64,000 nucleotides of DNA from Amoebophrya sp. A120 (Eukaryota > Protista > Dinoflagellata). Below, one piece after another: positions 50,201 to 61,958 of this stretch (its first letter is position 1; the number at the start of each line of letters is the position of its first letter). Location: assembly GCA_905178155.1 (NCBI GenBank), contig CAJINV010000006.1:1737876-1801875 (forward strand), in the 5' to 3' direction. The translations under genes and the position numbers were made by a program. The notes under the pieces were generated by a model. That model was not told the DNA's origin, did no database searches, and saw nothing but the letters and a program-made list of their open reading frames with translations.

Positions 50201-53200
50201 GGAAGGGCCTCTCTACTTGGGGATGCGCATCACAAATGCTCCTCTGCTTGCCAATCTGCATGACAACTACTCTGGTGTGGGAACATTTTTCCTCAGGATG
50301 GAGGAACGGGCAGAGCGCCGACATCGACGAGCAAGCCCGGGACATGCTGATCTCCGAGTCCAGTGCGAACTGCAACATCAATTGCCAGTTCGATCCGCGG
50401 CCGTGGAAAACGTGCAAACTCGACACGGTGGATATCCAGAGGAAATTTCCCGTACACGTACAAATCAGGTCTCTGCATGACAAAGCTTGTCTTCCATCCT
50501 ACTTAGCATGACAAGTGGCATGCTCTAAGTTGGCAAAATTTGTGATGCATTTTGTACATGTGCGGGACATTTCCTGTGGATAGTGGACGCTACCTACGAA
50601 AAAGACCCACTACCCGTCGTGTACGCGAGCGTCCGCCTCCGGCCCAGGATCAGAGAGTTATCAAATGTAAAAATGTCTGGAAGAATCCGAATTTTGTTAT
50701 GCTGTTTTTGCATGACACAGAATGTCTGTCATGGAAGCCCTAGCATCACAGATTTTTAGAGGCCTTCCTGATGCCTATTCCGCACGACAAATGCCCTCCA
50801 CGCGTAGCACAAACCGGACTCCTCTTGCTGGTCATGCAATACAGAATTTTTGTAGAGTCCAAAAATAGCATCACAAGTTTCAACCTTCCAGATCCAGACA
50901 CTTTTGCAATCCATAAGAGTGGGTGCCAGACGATTGCTGTGGCGGTGAGTGGGTGTGGAACTGGAATCAGCACGGCCTATGCATTGCAAAAGCATCGTAC
51001 TAGTATAAATTGCAATACAAGTTTCCTTAGCATGAGAAATAGAATATGTCATGCGGATTTGCCTAAATAAAAAGATTTGGAATGCAAGACTTGCATTTAT
51101 ACGAGTGCGATGCTTTTGCACAGCATACGGGCCCTGGACCGACTACCAACCCATCCGGGACATCTCGGACTTTGCGAAGTCGCGGTTCAAATTATCAAAA
51201 GGAAAAATCCCCCGTCGCCATGTCGAAACGAAGTCTGTAATGCTGGATTTGCGTACACAAATCACATTGGTCTTGCTGGAGAAGATGACTGTAAGTCCAT
51301 ATCAAGTCGGAGTAGAGCGGTCATGGCCTAGGCACTTAGCATGAGAGACGTCTGCGCTGTAGGCCCAACAGCATCACAGACCGCCTGCATAATGCGGCGG
51401 CTGTCTGTGGAATTGCCTTCTTGCAAGATGACTGAGGCGATTTGTGGTCGCGAATCAGCATTGCAAATTTTCTGCTCCGTAGCTTTTTGATATGGGGAGG
51501 CGGGGTCTTTCCTCGCGATACAAATTTCAGGGCAGCGAAGCGGAGCAGTCTATCACTATTAAAGGAAAGGATAGAGACACCAAGATGCGGCTGGGCCGGT
51601 CCAAACCCACGGAGGGGTTTGGTTCTTCCTGGGAAAAGGTCCTATCCCAGAAAAAAAGATTGTAGCTGTAACTTTTTTGGCTGATTAGCATTACAAACCT
51701 GTCTGGCATGACAGCAGAAACCTGTCATGCGCAGATAGCATGTCAAAACGCGCTTGAATGAGAATGAACCTTGCAATGCATGTCCAGCATGACAGACGCA
51801 ATCATCTTACGTGTTGCGCATCACAAACTTACACTAACAATGTTTTTTTCCTGCATAGGTGCCCGTAAGCGACGAATACCCGGACGGGTGGCGGTACCGC
51901 GGGAAGGTCGGGGAGATGTTTATCAAAGTGAAAAATCCCCCCTCCCCATATCGAAAAGGATCGCCTCAGAGAATTTGTGATGCTGATTTGTGACCACAAA
52001 TCATGTCTGTCTTGCAAGAGAGCGACGGCATGGGCTCCGCCCTATTATGCAGGCGGTTTGTAATGCTGTTGGTCCTACACCATAGACGTGCCCCATGCTA
52101 AGCGCCTAGGCCAGAACCTCTCTCCATTGGCGTGGTATGGGCCTGCAGTCCTCTACTGCAAGACCAATCTGATTTGTGTACGCAAATCCAGCATTAGAAA
52201 TCTCGTTTTGATATGGGATGGGGGCTTTTTTCACTTTGATAATGTTGTTTCCGCGGCCCTCCAAAAATATGGCGGTAGACCTGCAGTTTATGGTCAAGAA
52301 CTCCGACGGCCACAAGATATCCTGTGCAAAAGTATCGTACTCGTATTGCAATCATGCATTGCAAATATTTTTCCTAAGGTAAACCAGCATTACAAATTTT
52401 ATTTCTCATGCTGAGGAAATCGAAATTTGTAATGCATTTATACAAGTACGATGCTTTTGCACTGCATACAAGACCACCGTGAAAAATATCGTGGTGCCGG
52501 GGCGCAACGAGAAGCTGCAGCAGAGGTTTTTGCCGTTTTTCCCCACCGACTACTTCAAAAAAGTCCAAGACATCTATGACAGTGCACAACTCCAACCCCC
52601 CCCCCTCATTTGTATGGCATGAACAGCAATATAACCACCAGCACACATGGAGCCTGTGCATGACAAATTCATGTGCCTAATGTAGTACTATTTGGGCTTC
52701 CGGAATTTGTCATGCAAACAGTGCCACAAGGCAGCGAGAGCGACTGGATTTGGGATTTTGCGTGACAAATGAGGGGGAGGGGGAGTTGTGCACTGTCATA
52801 ATATCGGCGGGGTGCGGAAAGTCATCCAGAAAGCGTGGCGGATGAAGAACGAGATCAACCCGGTATCCTATGTAAAAACGTCCCCACAACTTCCGCCCCA
52901 GAGTTGTCATGCAGATTTGCAATGACAGGAACATTTGTGATGCGCATACCCATGATAGTCATCTCATTGCCATTTCCAATTGTGTTTTGAAATTTGTAAT
53001 GTTGTAAACAGGATGAGTAGATAGCTTTGTGATGCGGCTGTCCTTGCTAACCTGAACTACACCACGGACTGTAGCGCGTCATGCGTGACTCCCAAAACTT
53101 CTGGATTTGTGTTGCGCACTGCCCAAAAATCAGTGACTCCGGGACGAAGGTGGGGACCACGTTTTTCCACAGGATACCCGGACCGTGGAATTTTTCGGAA

Positions 53201-56200
53201 CGCCATTGTGGAATTCGTGAACCGGAAGAAGATACGCATGGCAAAAGCATCGCAATCATAGTGGGAACAATTGCATTACAAATTTGCGCAGCATGAAGAA
53301 TTGAATTTCTCATGCGGATTCGCGCACAAAGATAGATCTGTCATGCGTGCTTGCAATTGATTCCACCTGTCCTGAATGCGATGCTTTTGCACAGGATAGA
53401 AGGCCAAGGTGCTCTACTGGGACCCGGTCCACGAGGAGGCCGTCTTGCAGGACTTGGCTACCTATGGATTGCAAATACAGAATTTGTGTTGCTGAAGCGC
53501 GCATCGCAGAAGGTGTCCGCTTGTACGGCATGATAACAGCATGAGAAATTTTGCGAGGCTTAGGTTTGCAGATTCACTCCTCGTGATAAAACGCATGACA
53601 AAGAACTTCACAGCATGACAAAAAAAACTAGCGACTCGTATTCACGCATCACAGATCTTGTAGTCCTTCAAAGCTCGCATGACAAAGACCGTCGATATTT
53701 GCAACGCATACTACCTCGCGCGTGTTCTACCAGCAGCGACCGGAGGTGCACTTTCACGCCCCGAGGGCTAAGGACAACTACACCTGCCACGAGGGGATCC
53801 GCGTGCAGACGCGGTTATGCACTGCAAATATGTCTGGGTTTGGAAGGATGCAGCTTGTCATGCTAAATTTGGATCATGCAAAAATTTGTGTTGCATGATT
53901 ACCAAAAACTGTCCATTTTTGACCAAGTTGGGAGTGAGTTTCTCTTTCTCATGCAGGATAGGCATGATACAGATCATCTCACAGAATCTGTCATGCTAGA
54001 TCCTGCATTGCAGACCTCATGTGTCATGTGGAACCTGCATGAGAAGTCTTGTATTCTTCCACACCCAGACATATTTGTACTTGATACCGGTTGCACGAGA
54101 TCAAAACCGTGACCGCGCCGTCGCAGGAGGAGTGCGCGGTGCAGTGTGTATCCTGTGCAAAAGTACCGTACTCGTATAAGGAATGCCAGACTAGCATGAC
54201 AAATCTGGTTTCTTAGGTAATTTAGCATGACAAATTATTAATTATTAATTTTTCATGCTGAGCTAATTTGTAATGCAGTTTATACTAGTACGATGCTTTA
54301 GCTTTTGCAGTGCATAGTGTGACAAGCAGACCAACTGCGAGAGTTTTGACTTTTTCAAAGGCGAGGAAAAGTGGCGAACGTCGAAGCAAATGAACTGTCA
54401 TCTCTACTCGAAGAACGGGCACACGAAAGAGCTGCTCTTGCGGGACAGGTATCAAGTGCAAACGTGCAGCCTGGGTCTGGAGGAAAACTGTGATGCCGGT
54501 TTGTTAATGGTAGGCGCACTGCAACTTCTATACGCGGCGAAGCATGACAAAATTTTCAAAATCCTATCACACCCAGATCCATGTTTGCAATGCATAACAG
54601 GCAGGGGTTGCGGAAGGAAAAAATCCATTTTGGAAGACGCAAGGCGGACATTAACATGGACTTGGAAAATATCAAACAAAAAAAGTTCGTCACGATCATT
54701 CATGCGCATTTTTGCAATACAAAACTTTCTGTCATGCGTAAAAATGCATCACAGCCAAGCTTCGCGAGGGATCTCCCTAGCGTTTGTGCAAGACAAGGAC
54801 AAGCTTTGATGCTAAAAGTTTTTGTAATGCAAAACCTGCAAGTTAGTGACATGACTGTGACAAACTTTTTTCTCTTCATAGAAAAGGTGCTGCCAAACTA
54901 CAAGCAGAGCAAGCACAGCAACGAGTATTCCCGGATGGGAATTTAGGCAAAGAAAAAACTGTTTCACTGTCAACTTGTAATGCAGAAAATGCATCTTAGA
55001 AGTGTTTGTCTTGCTACACATGCAAGACACTGGATTTTTAGCTGTGTTTTCCCATTGGAACCTCGCATGGCAAATTGTCTCTGTCATGCGGAACAAACTT
55101 GTGATGCGAAACTTGCAAAATCCTTACAGTGAAACACTTTTATCCTGTGATAGAATTCCGTTCCTCGAAGCACCTCTGAAGCCCGACAAAGAGCAGGAGA
55201 AGACTTTCATTTTCCAAATCCCGTGCGTATAAACTGCAAAGGTATCGTACTAGTATAAATTGCAATTATACAAATTAGCTCAGCAGTACAAATTGAATTT
55301 GTAATGCGGATTTCACTTAAGAAAAAGATTTGTAAATGCATAAAAGCAATTAGTACGAGTACGATACTTTTGCACTGGATAGTGCGAGGCGTGCATCAAC
55401 TCCTGGGCCCGACACGGCATGGCGGTCACGGAAACCAAGGATTTCAACCAGGATATCGCAAGGGAAAATCCCGCCTCCCCATATCGAAAAGGTATGTCTC
55501 AGAAAATTTGTAATGCTGATTTGTGACCACAGATCGTCTCTGTCTTGCAAGAACGCGGTCGGTTTGTAATGCTGTTTGCCCTACAGCCTAGACGTTTGCC
55601 ATGGTCAGCGACTAGCCCAAAACATCTCGTCTGCTCACTCTTACTATAGGCATGCAGTCCTCTCAAGCAAGACAAATCTGACTTGTGTACGCAAGTCCAG
55701 CATTGGAAGCCTCGTTTTGTTGATATGGGGAGGAGGGACTTTTCCTTTTGATACAAGACCTGGACCCCGACAGCGCCGGCGATTTTTCCAAAAGCGTCCA
55801 CATGGGCACCGGCGCCACCAGGGGACTGAACGGCGCGCGAGACCGGCTGTGGTGCAGAAACGGGAACGGTGCCTTGGTCAATAACCGATGCTCGGTGCAG
55901 GAGCTGGGGCACGCACGGCGGTATCGAATGCAAATGTATGTCTGCTGGGTCTGCTGGTGAAGACTGTTGCAACTTGTGATGTGCTACCTTTGGACTGTTC
56001 TATTAGAACAGTCCAAAGGTAATTTTTATCAAATAAAAATCTGTATCGCCTGAGCAGAAAGAAGAACAGTCCAGTTTTTGCTACGTGGACGACGAGGAGC
56101 ATTTCTCATGCCCGGATGGACATCAAGGCGGCTTCTTCAAAACGTCTGTGATGCTGGGGCCTACGTTACAGATCGATCATGCGTCATGCAAGATGTGCAT

Positions 56201-59200
56201 GGCAATAAACGTAAACCTTGTATCCTTCGTGCAGACGCAGATCCAGACACAATTTGCACTGCATAGGGGGAACCGGCAGGCAAAATGGTATACGAAGGGC
56301 ACGTATCAACTGCAAAAATGTCTGGGTCTGGAAACTTGTAATGCTGCGTTGGGAATAGTGAATGCTCTGTAATGCACAGGCAAGCATGCGAAATATCTGC
56401 GCACCTTTGTGTTGCGTTTTTCGCATGACAAACTGCGTTTTTGCATGACAGGCAAAAGGGTCTCTTCTTGGACACGCATCACAAACTTTTTGGTCATGCC
56501 AGACAAGCATGACAAGTCTCGCAATCTTCCAGACCCAGACATATTTGCAATCCATAGCACGTTGGATTACGAGGAACAGGACGAGAAGGGCCGCATGGTG
56601 AGAAAGGAAGCCATATCCCGTGTAAAAACATCCCCACCCCAGAGTCAAGATAAGTGGCCACATTATACCATAGTTATTTCCGTACTTCACCTACGTCATT
56701 CTCTCCTTTTTAACTTCAACAAAGTTCGAAACTTCTCTGTGCTTTAAATTTGGTCTTTTCCAGTACATAAAACACCCCAGAGTCAAGATGGCGACTTTTT
56801 GCTACACAAGTCAACAAGTTTAGGCTGTTCTGCATGACAGATTTGAGCTCGTAAGTAGGTAGTCCTGTTCAGCTAGTGTGTTCGTATTACAAATCGACAA
56901 CCCTATCCTGCTTGGAGCATGACAAACTCCCAGGTAATATTAGAAAACGCTCCAGCTCTGCATGGGGCTGCGCATGAGAAATGTTCTAGGCTCGCAGATT
57001 TGCATGACAAGTCTGGGGCGGGAGCGTTTTTGCGGAGCATAAACCAAAGTGATTGACAGAGTGCCAGATGAAGGCATGTACACCGAGCCCGCAGTTGAGG
57101 CGAAAGACGGGCGCCACATGTATCCACAGTACTTCTAAATCATTTCCCGTACTGCGCACACAGTGACAGCAACAGCTACAGCTGCGGTTTCTACTGCATC
57201 ACAAAACTTGCCTTCGATCCTAGAGTCAGCATGACAAGTCGTGTTACACTCTAGTACGTCATGGCGAACAAGTTTGTCATGCACTTTGCACATCGTGTAG
57301 TACAACGGGAAAATAAAGATAAATTTGTATTGCATAACATGGTACAGGACCACATTACGCCGTACAGGAAGTATCTTTGGGGCTACGGCCGTGTAGAGAT
57401 GGGTCTTAACGAGGACGCACCGGAGTACTGGCACCATTGCGACCGGAAAAAACCGCACACCGGAATCTACCCAGAGTAAACTTCCCGTACGCGTACAAAG
57501 CTGGTTTCTGCATGACAAACTTTTCTTCCAATTCTACTCAGCATGGCAAGTGACATGCTCCAACTTGGTAAAATTTGTCATGCATTTTGTACATGTACTA
57601 CAGGAAATTTGTATTGCATAGAATTATCAACAGGAACAGTAGCTCCGCTGTCATCAACAATTCCATGATGCAGGAAATTTGCCGACCCGCCTGGGAGCGG
57701 CCCGGTGTGGCGAACGGAGTCGATATGTGCCACTCACGGTGTGTGTTCGAGTTGCAGGGAAACGGGAAGGAGACATCCTTGGTGGATGGAAGCAAAAACG
57801 AGAAGCCGGGGGGTATCGACCAGGATATTTCCTGCCGCAAAATGTGCTTGGACCATGCGATTACGCCCTACAACCCACGGTGGGACGATTTGGACGAAAA
57901 CATGAAGGCGGTGCTGATGAAGGATCAGTACGTGGAGTCTCCGGAGGGAACGAACACGGGGAGGAACAGCAACCCCGGAGCCATCAAGCTCCGGCCGTAC
58001 CTGAACAAGAAGTGCAACGCCATCTACGACTTTTTCTGCAGAAAAGACGCTCCGGGGAGGTCCCACTGGGAGAAGGGGAACCCGCCACCGCACCCAAAAG
58101 ACAAGGACAAACCCCCGTCCAAGTGGCATCACGGGAGGTGGCCCTTCACGCACGACAGCTACGAGTGCATGGACCTCCACGACCCCATTCGCGACGAGCC
58201 GAACCCCATCGACCCCAGCTGCTGTGGCGGCTGGGCCGAGCCGTTCTCGAACAACCACGGGCGGTACAGCAGCTGGTCGCCGTTTCCGAAGATTTTCTGC
58301 AACCAGTTCTACCGCACCGATATGGCGTTCGGAAAACGATTTGGGCAGGAACTGGGCGCAATCGACAAGGAGCACGACCCGGTGGAGACGCCCAACGTGC
58401 CGGAGGGCGAGTTGAAAGCGGTCGACCCGGTGACCGGAGACACGACTACGTTCTCCGGCTTCAACAAGCATCGCCAGCGGGGGCACTGCGAGGTGCCGGA
58501 GCGTGGGAAGTATCATGAGGAAAAATCCCCCCTCCCAATAATCAGGCGGAGGTTTGTGTAGCATGATTTGTGATCACAAATCACATTGTCATGCTAGAAG
58601 GGAAGAGATGCGGAGTGTAGTGCTGGCTGGCGTGGGAATAAACCTTTGCGTCTTCAACATAACAAAAAACAACTAAAAGTGGGACACCGCATGACAAATT
58701 GCCCGCAAACGAGGCCGCGACTGTGTCTCTTGGCCTTCTAGCAAGACAAGTCGATCTGTGTACGCAGATCCAGCACCACAAATATCCTTTTCGACATGTT
58801 GGGGAGGGGGAATTTTTCCTCACAATAGAAAGCCGATGGATATCATCTACCCCTGGGAAGACCACCACGGGGATACGGTCGGGAAGCGAAATATGGATGT
58901 GTCAGGATCGAAATCGTCAAAGTTGAAATGATTTGCCATGCATAAAATGCAAGACATGAAGCACCTGTCTTGCCGGGATGGCAAGTGAGGCAGATTGTGA
59001 GCCTATTTAGGGTTTGGGATAGAGCTGCTAAAAGAGCATGACGAAAGCAGTCTTCTGTGCCCAAACAGCATGACAAATTGGATTCCGGTGCTCCGAAAAT
59101 TTGTCATGCGCCGCTTAAAAATTAGGCTTCCAACTGGTATCCATTTTATGCATGACAAATCATTTCAAGAACTTTGTCGCTTTCAAACCTGACGCTTCCA

Positions 59201-60361
59201 TACGAAACAAACGATACACCATGGACCCAGATATGAATCGCAAAAGCATCGTACAACTATTAGTATTTGCATTACAAATTAGCTCAGCATGGCAAATGGA
59301 ATTTGTCATGCTGTTTTACCTTGGGATGGAGATTTGTAATGCATAACTGCAAGAATTACTACGAGTGCGATACTTTTGCAGAGGATACCAGAGTCCTGTC
59401 TACAAATGGGGCATTCAGTGTTCAAGGAAATGGAGGACGCGTATTACGATTTCGCGAGGCTGCAGTCCGGGCACCAGGGGTCCGGCCGCATGTTCGCGTG
59501 GGACGCGGTAGATAAAAGGGCGTACCACGGAGGCATAAGAGATGTTCGCGGCATGCGGTGGCATGAAAACAATACGAAGGTGACCATGGAGCAGTGCCGC
59601 ATGCCGGTCGTCATGGTAACGAAGCACATGGGCGATCAGGAAGCTAGCTCCTTTGACGTGTCTCCCATGAAGCCTGCCTGCCGGTATGCGAAGAAAAAGC
59701 TGTTTCACGGTTTTTACACATTGTGTTGCAGGCATCGCAAGACAGACAAGTTCTGTCATGCCGAAGAAGATGCTCAGGAGCCTAGAGTTTCATACGTGTT
59801 TATTTCCCTACCGATTTTTGCATTGCAAGTTTTCTCTGTCATGCAAGGCAAATGCAAATTTGTGATGCTGAGTTGTTCATTACAGATGTGTAACCTCTGC
59901 AACACTTTTCTCCTTTGATAGCCGGGTGCACATCGCCAGTAAGGATTTCGAAGATAAGGACCCGAACGACACAGATACGTACTTGCAGCAGTCGGAAGCC
60001 CTGGGCGTATCAACTGCAAATATGTCTGGGTCTGGAAGGGGACAAGTTTGCCATGCACATTTTCCATGATCCACGATGTCTGTTATGTATGCCCTAGCAT
60101 CACAGATTTTGTGAGCGCTTATCGATGCGCACCCCGCATGAGAAATGCCCGATCCACGTAGCCAAATTTGGCTGCTCTTGCTGCTCATGCAATACAGATT
60201 TTTTTAGCATCCACATGCAGCATCACAAGTTGCACTGTTCCAGACCCAGACATTTTTGCAATGCATAGCGCGCCCTTCACGACGAGACAAACAACGGAAC
60301 CGAGGGTGTGGAGGGCATCCCAGAGGACGGGGCGGACCTACCGGAAGGAGTCTCGGTCTGA
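38201..60361 (+). CDS. Gene 7: very large Cys/Trp-rich protein with at least two PAN/apple-like domains; about 58 introners and one canonical intron; start uncertain
   Basis: Frame traced by hand without a stop from ATG 38201 to TGA 60359-60361; GT-AG intron 46728-46975. The spliced motifs ECSKKCCGNRFCKSFSYLKNKTRKNNCLLFK and EECAVQCDKQTNCESFDFFKGEEKWRTSKQMNCHLYSK match the PAN pattern C-x3-C-x5-C-x-SF-x-Y/F..C-x-L. No signal peptide seen at the provisional start. Confidence 0.8.
38797..39977. mobile_element. Long (1.18 kb) introner-like TIR element with a truncated right end
   Basis: Starts TATGCCTGGG; 38812-38857 is an imperfect inverted repeat of 39935-39977; TSD GGTGT/GGTGA; internal AAAATTCACC repeats at 39435-39480; no credible ORF. 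Confidence 0.75.
46728..46975 (+). other. Canonical GT-AG intron
   Basis: GTATAG..CCTACAG, phase 0, joins WGDTEM to YDLQHFRPG. Confidence 0.8.
47641..48390. mobile_element. 750-bp insert nested in a family D introner (47605-48581); Helentron/HINE-like architecture
   Basis: Interrupts the family D TIR in its TTT run (CCCCCTCATT|..|TTTGTCATGC). It carries a 13-bp tandem array and ends in a long hairpin at 48343-48391. Confidence 0.7.
47691..47839. repeat. Tandem array, about 11 copies of GACAGGTGACCTT
   Basis: Directly visible; each unit contains the palindrome AGGT-G-ACCT. Confidence 0.95.
49706..49934. mobile_element. Introner family D representative (about 210-245 bp; TIR TATGAGAGTGCACAACTCCCCCTCCCCCTCATTTGT)
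   Basis: TSD GTCCA/CTCCA. Other copies at 9052-9277, ~9908, ~13164, 14486, ~41743, ~43856 and ~52576. Confidence 0.92.
50433..50582. mobile_element. Introner family I representative (TIR TATCCASAGGAAATKTCCCG)
   Basis: TSD GTGGA; related copies at ~41214, 57121 and ~57468. Confidence 0.85.
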
Positions 60362-61958
60362 GTTGGTCTTTATGCAGTTGTGCAAATGGAGCAATATGAA
60401 TATCCTCGTACCCCTACCTGTATACAACCCTGCAGAACATTTTTTTTTGGAACTCTGTTTTCATTTCGGAGCAAGTTCTCCAGTTTGCAAAGTCAAAATT
60501 TAGAGCTCTATTTTGGTACAGGTGACGTTTCTAGCACAAAAAAAAAATTCAGCTTAATTGTTTGCGTTTCGGAAGTAGACAAAAAAACTTACTAGCAAAA
60601 ATTTTCAGCAGAGCAGATGCAGAGCTTTATCCTCCATTTCATTGTAAATATTGACTAGATGATAAAATTGACGATGATTCATTTATTTTCGAGAAGTGTG
60701 TTTTATCCGTATTGAAGTTGTGCAAAGTACTATTTTGGATAGAAAAGAAGAACACTATTTTACGTTTTTCATTGTCTCGGCAGAATTAGTGATCCTTAAA
60801 GTTGTTGATGCAGAGAATACAGTGCGACGTTCACGTTGAAGATCTTGATGTACCTACTCCAATATAACTGTAGTGAGGTGCGACTTGAGCTTTGTTTCTA
60901 GTGCCGTAGTCATTGATTCCTAGAATTACTTGATCGACGCGGGCTGGGTGGATTTGGTTTGAGAATAGAGTGTACTTACTTACTATCAGAAGCTGCAAAT
61001 GTTGGCAGACTCAGCTTTGCTAAAACTCGATTAAGACGACACCAGAATTTTTAGTCCGTGGATGAGAAGTGTGGCTGAGATGGATACATCAATCAGGAAC
61101 TGATTTTGTGTCCCAAGAACTTGAACTTGTATTTGATTGGATCAAAGAAAAAGCTGTACCCAGAAAAGCAAAACGATTATTGATCAGGTGCACACAAGGC
61201 CCCCTTATGTTCTGCGGGCGATGCCGATGCCGATGCGGACGAGAAGAAGGACCTGTTGGCCTCAGTGTCAGTAGTACTAGTTAGTACGCTGGTGAAAAAA
61301 AATATTCTAAATTTCCTTTTCGTCGTCGTGTCTGTGTCTCTCTTATGTCTATTCGCTGCGTGGTGCGAGCCTTTATATTGCGGAATACAACGTCGGTGAA
61401 CAGGATGAAGATGAGTGGCCAGCTGATGGTTTTTTTCGGGTTTGATGATCGTTGGAGATGTGATGCTGCTCTTTGTCGCTGCTCAAGATGATCTGCTGGA
61501 AAAAAATGGAAACGGCACACAAGTGATGTTGGCTTTTTTCTGGTGAGGCTGAGAATGGCGTGGTGCTGGTGCCTGACCACCAGAACCTCGAGGAAGTAGA
61601 TGGATCTGCTTTATTCCCAACCTCTGCTAAACTCGTGTAGTAGAAGAACCTAGTTCATTATTCGGAAATGGTATCAGCATCAAGTTGTCGTTTTTTATAT
61701 CCCGATCCGATGTCCAAGCGTGCGCCGTCCCAGGATGTGAGCTTGTTCTACTCCGTGCTGTGGCGCATGATCTCTTCTGCATTTATGAAAAGAGAAATTC
61801 AAATTTTAGCATAAGTAGAGCGCGCCCTTTTAAAGGTAGTAGCTCTTCTTCATCTGGTGGTGTTCCGTATACAGAACTCGGAGGTAGAAGCTATGTGTGT
61901 AGTGATGTAAAAGTAAATACAAATAGCTATCGCGACCACGCGAAAAAATAAATTCGCC

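Noticed and set aside
1622-60267. CRISPR-like alternation of repeats and unique spacers
   Set aside because: The repeats are 140-330 bp TIR elements of many families with TSDs, the spacers join into protein-coding frames, and there are no cas genes.
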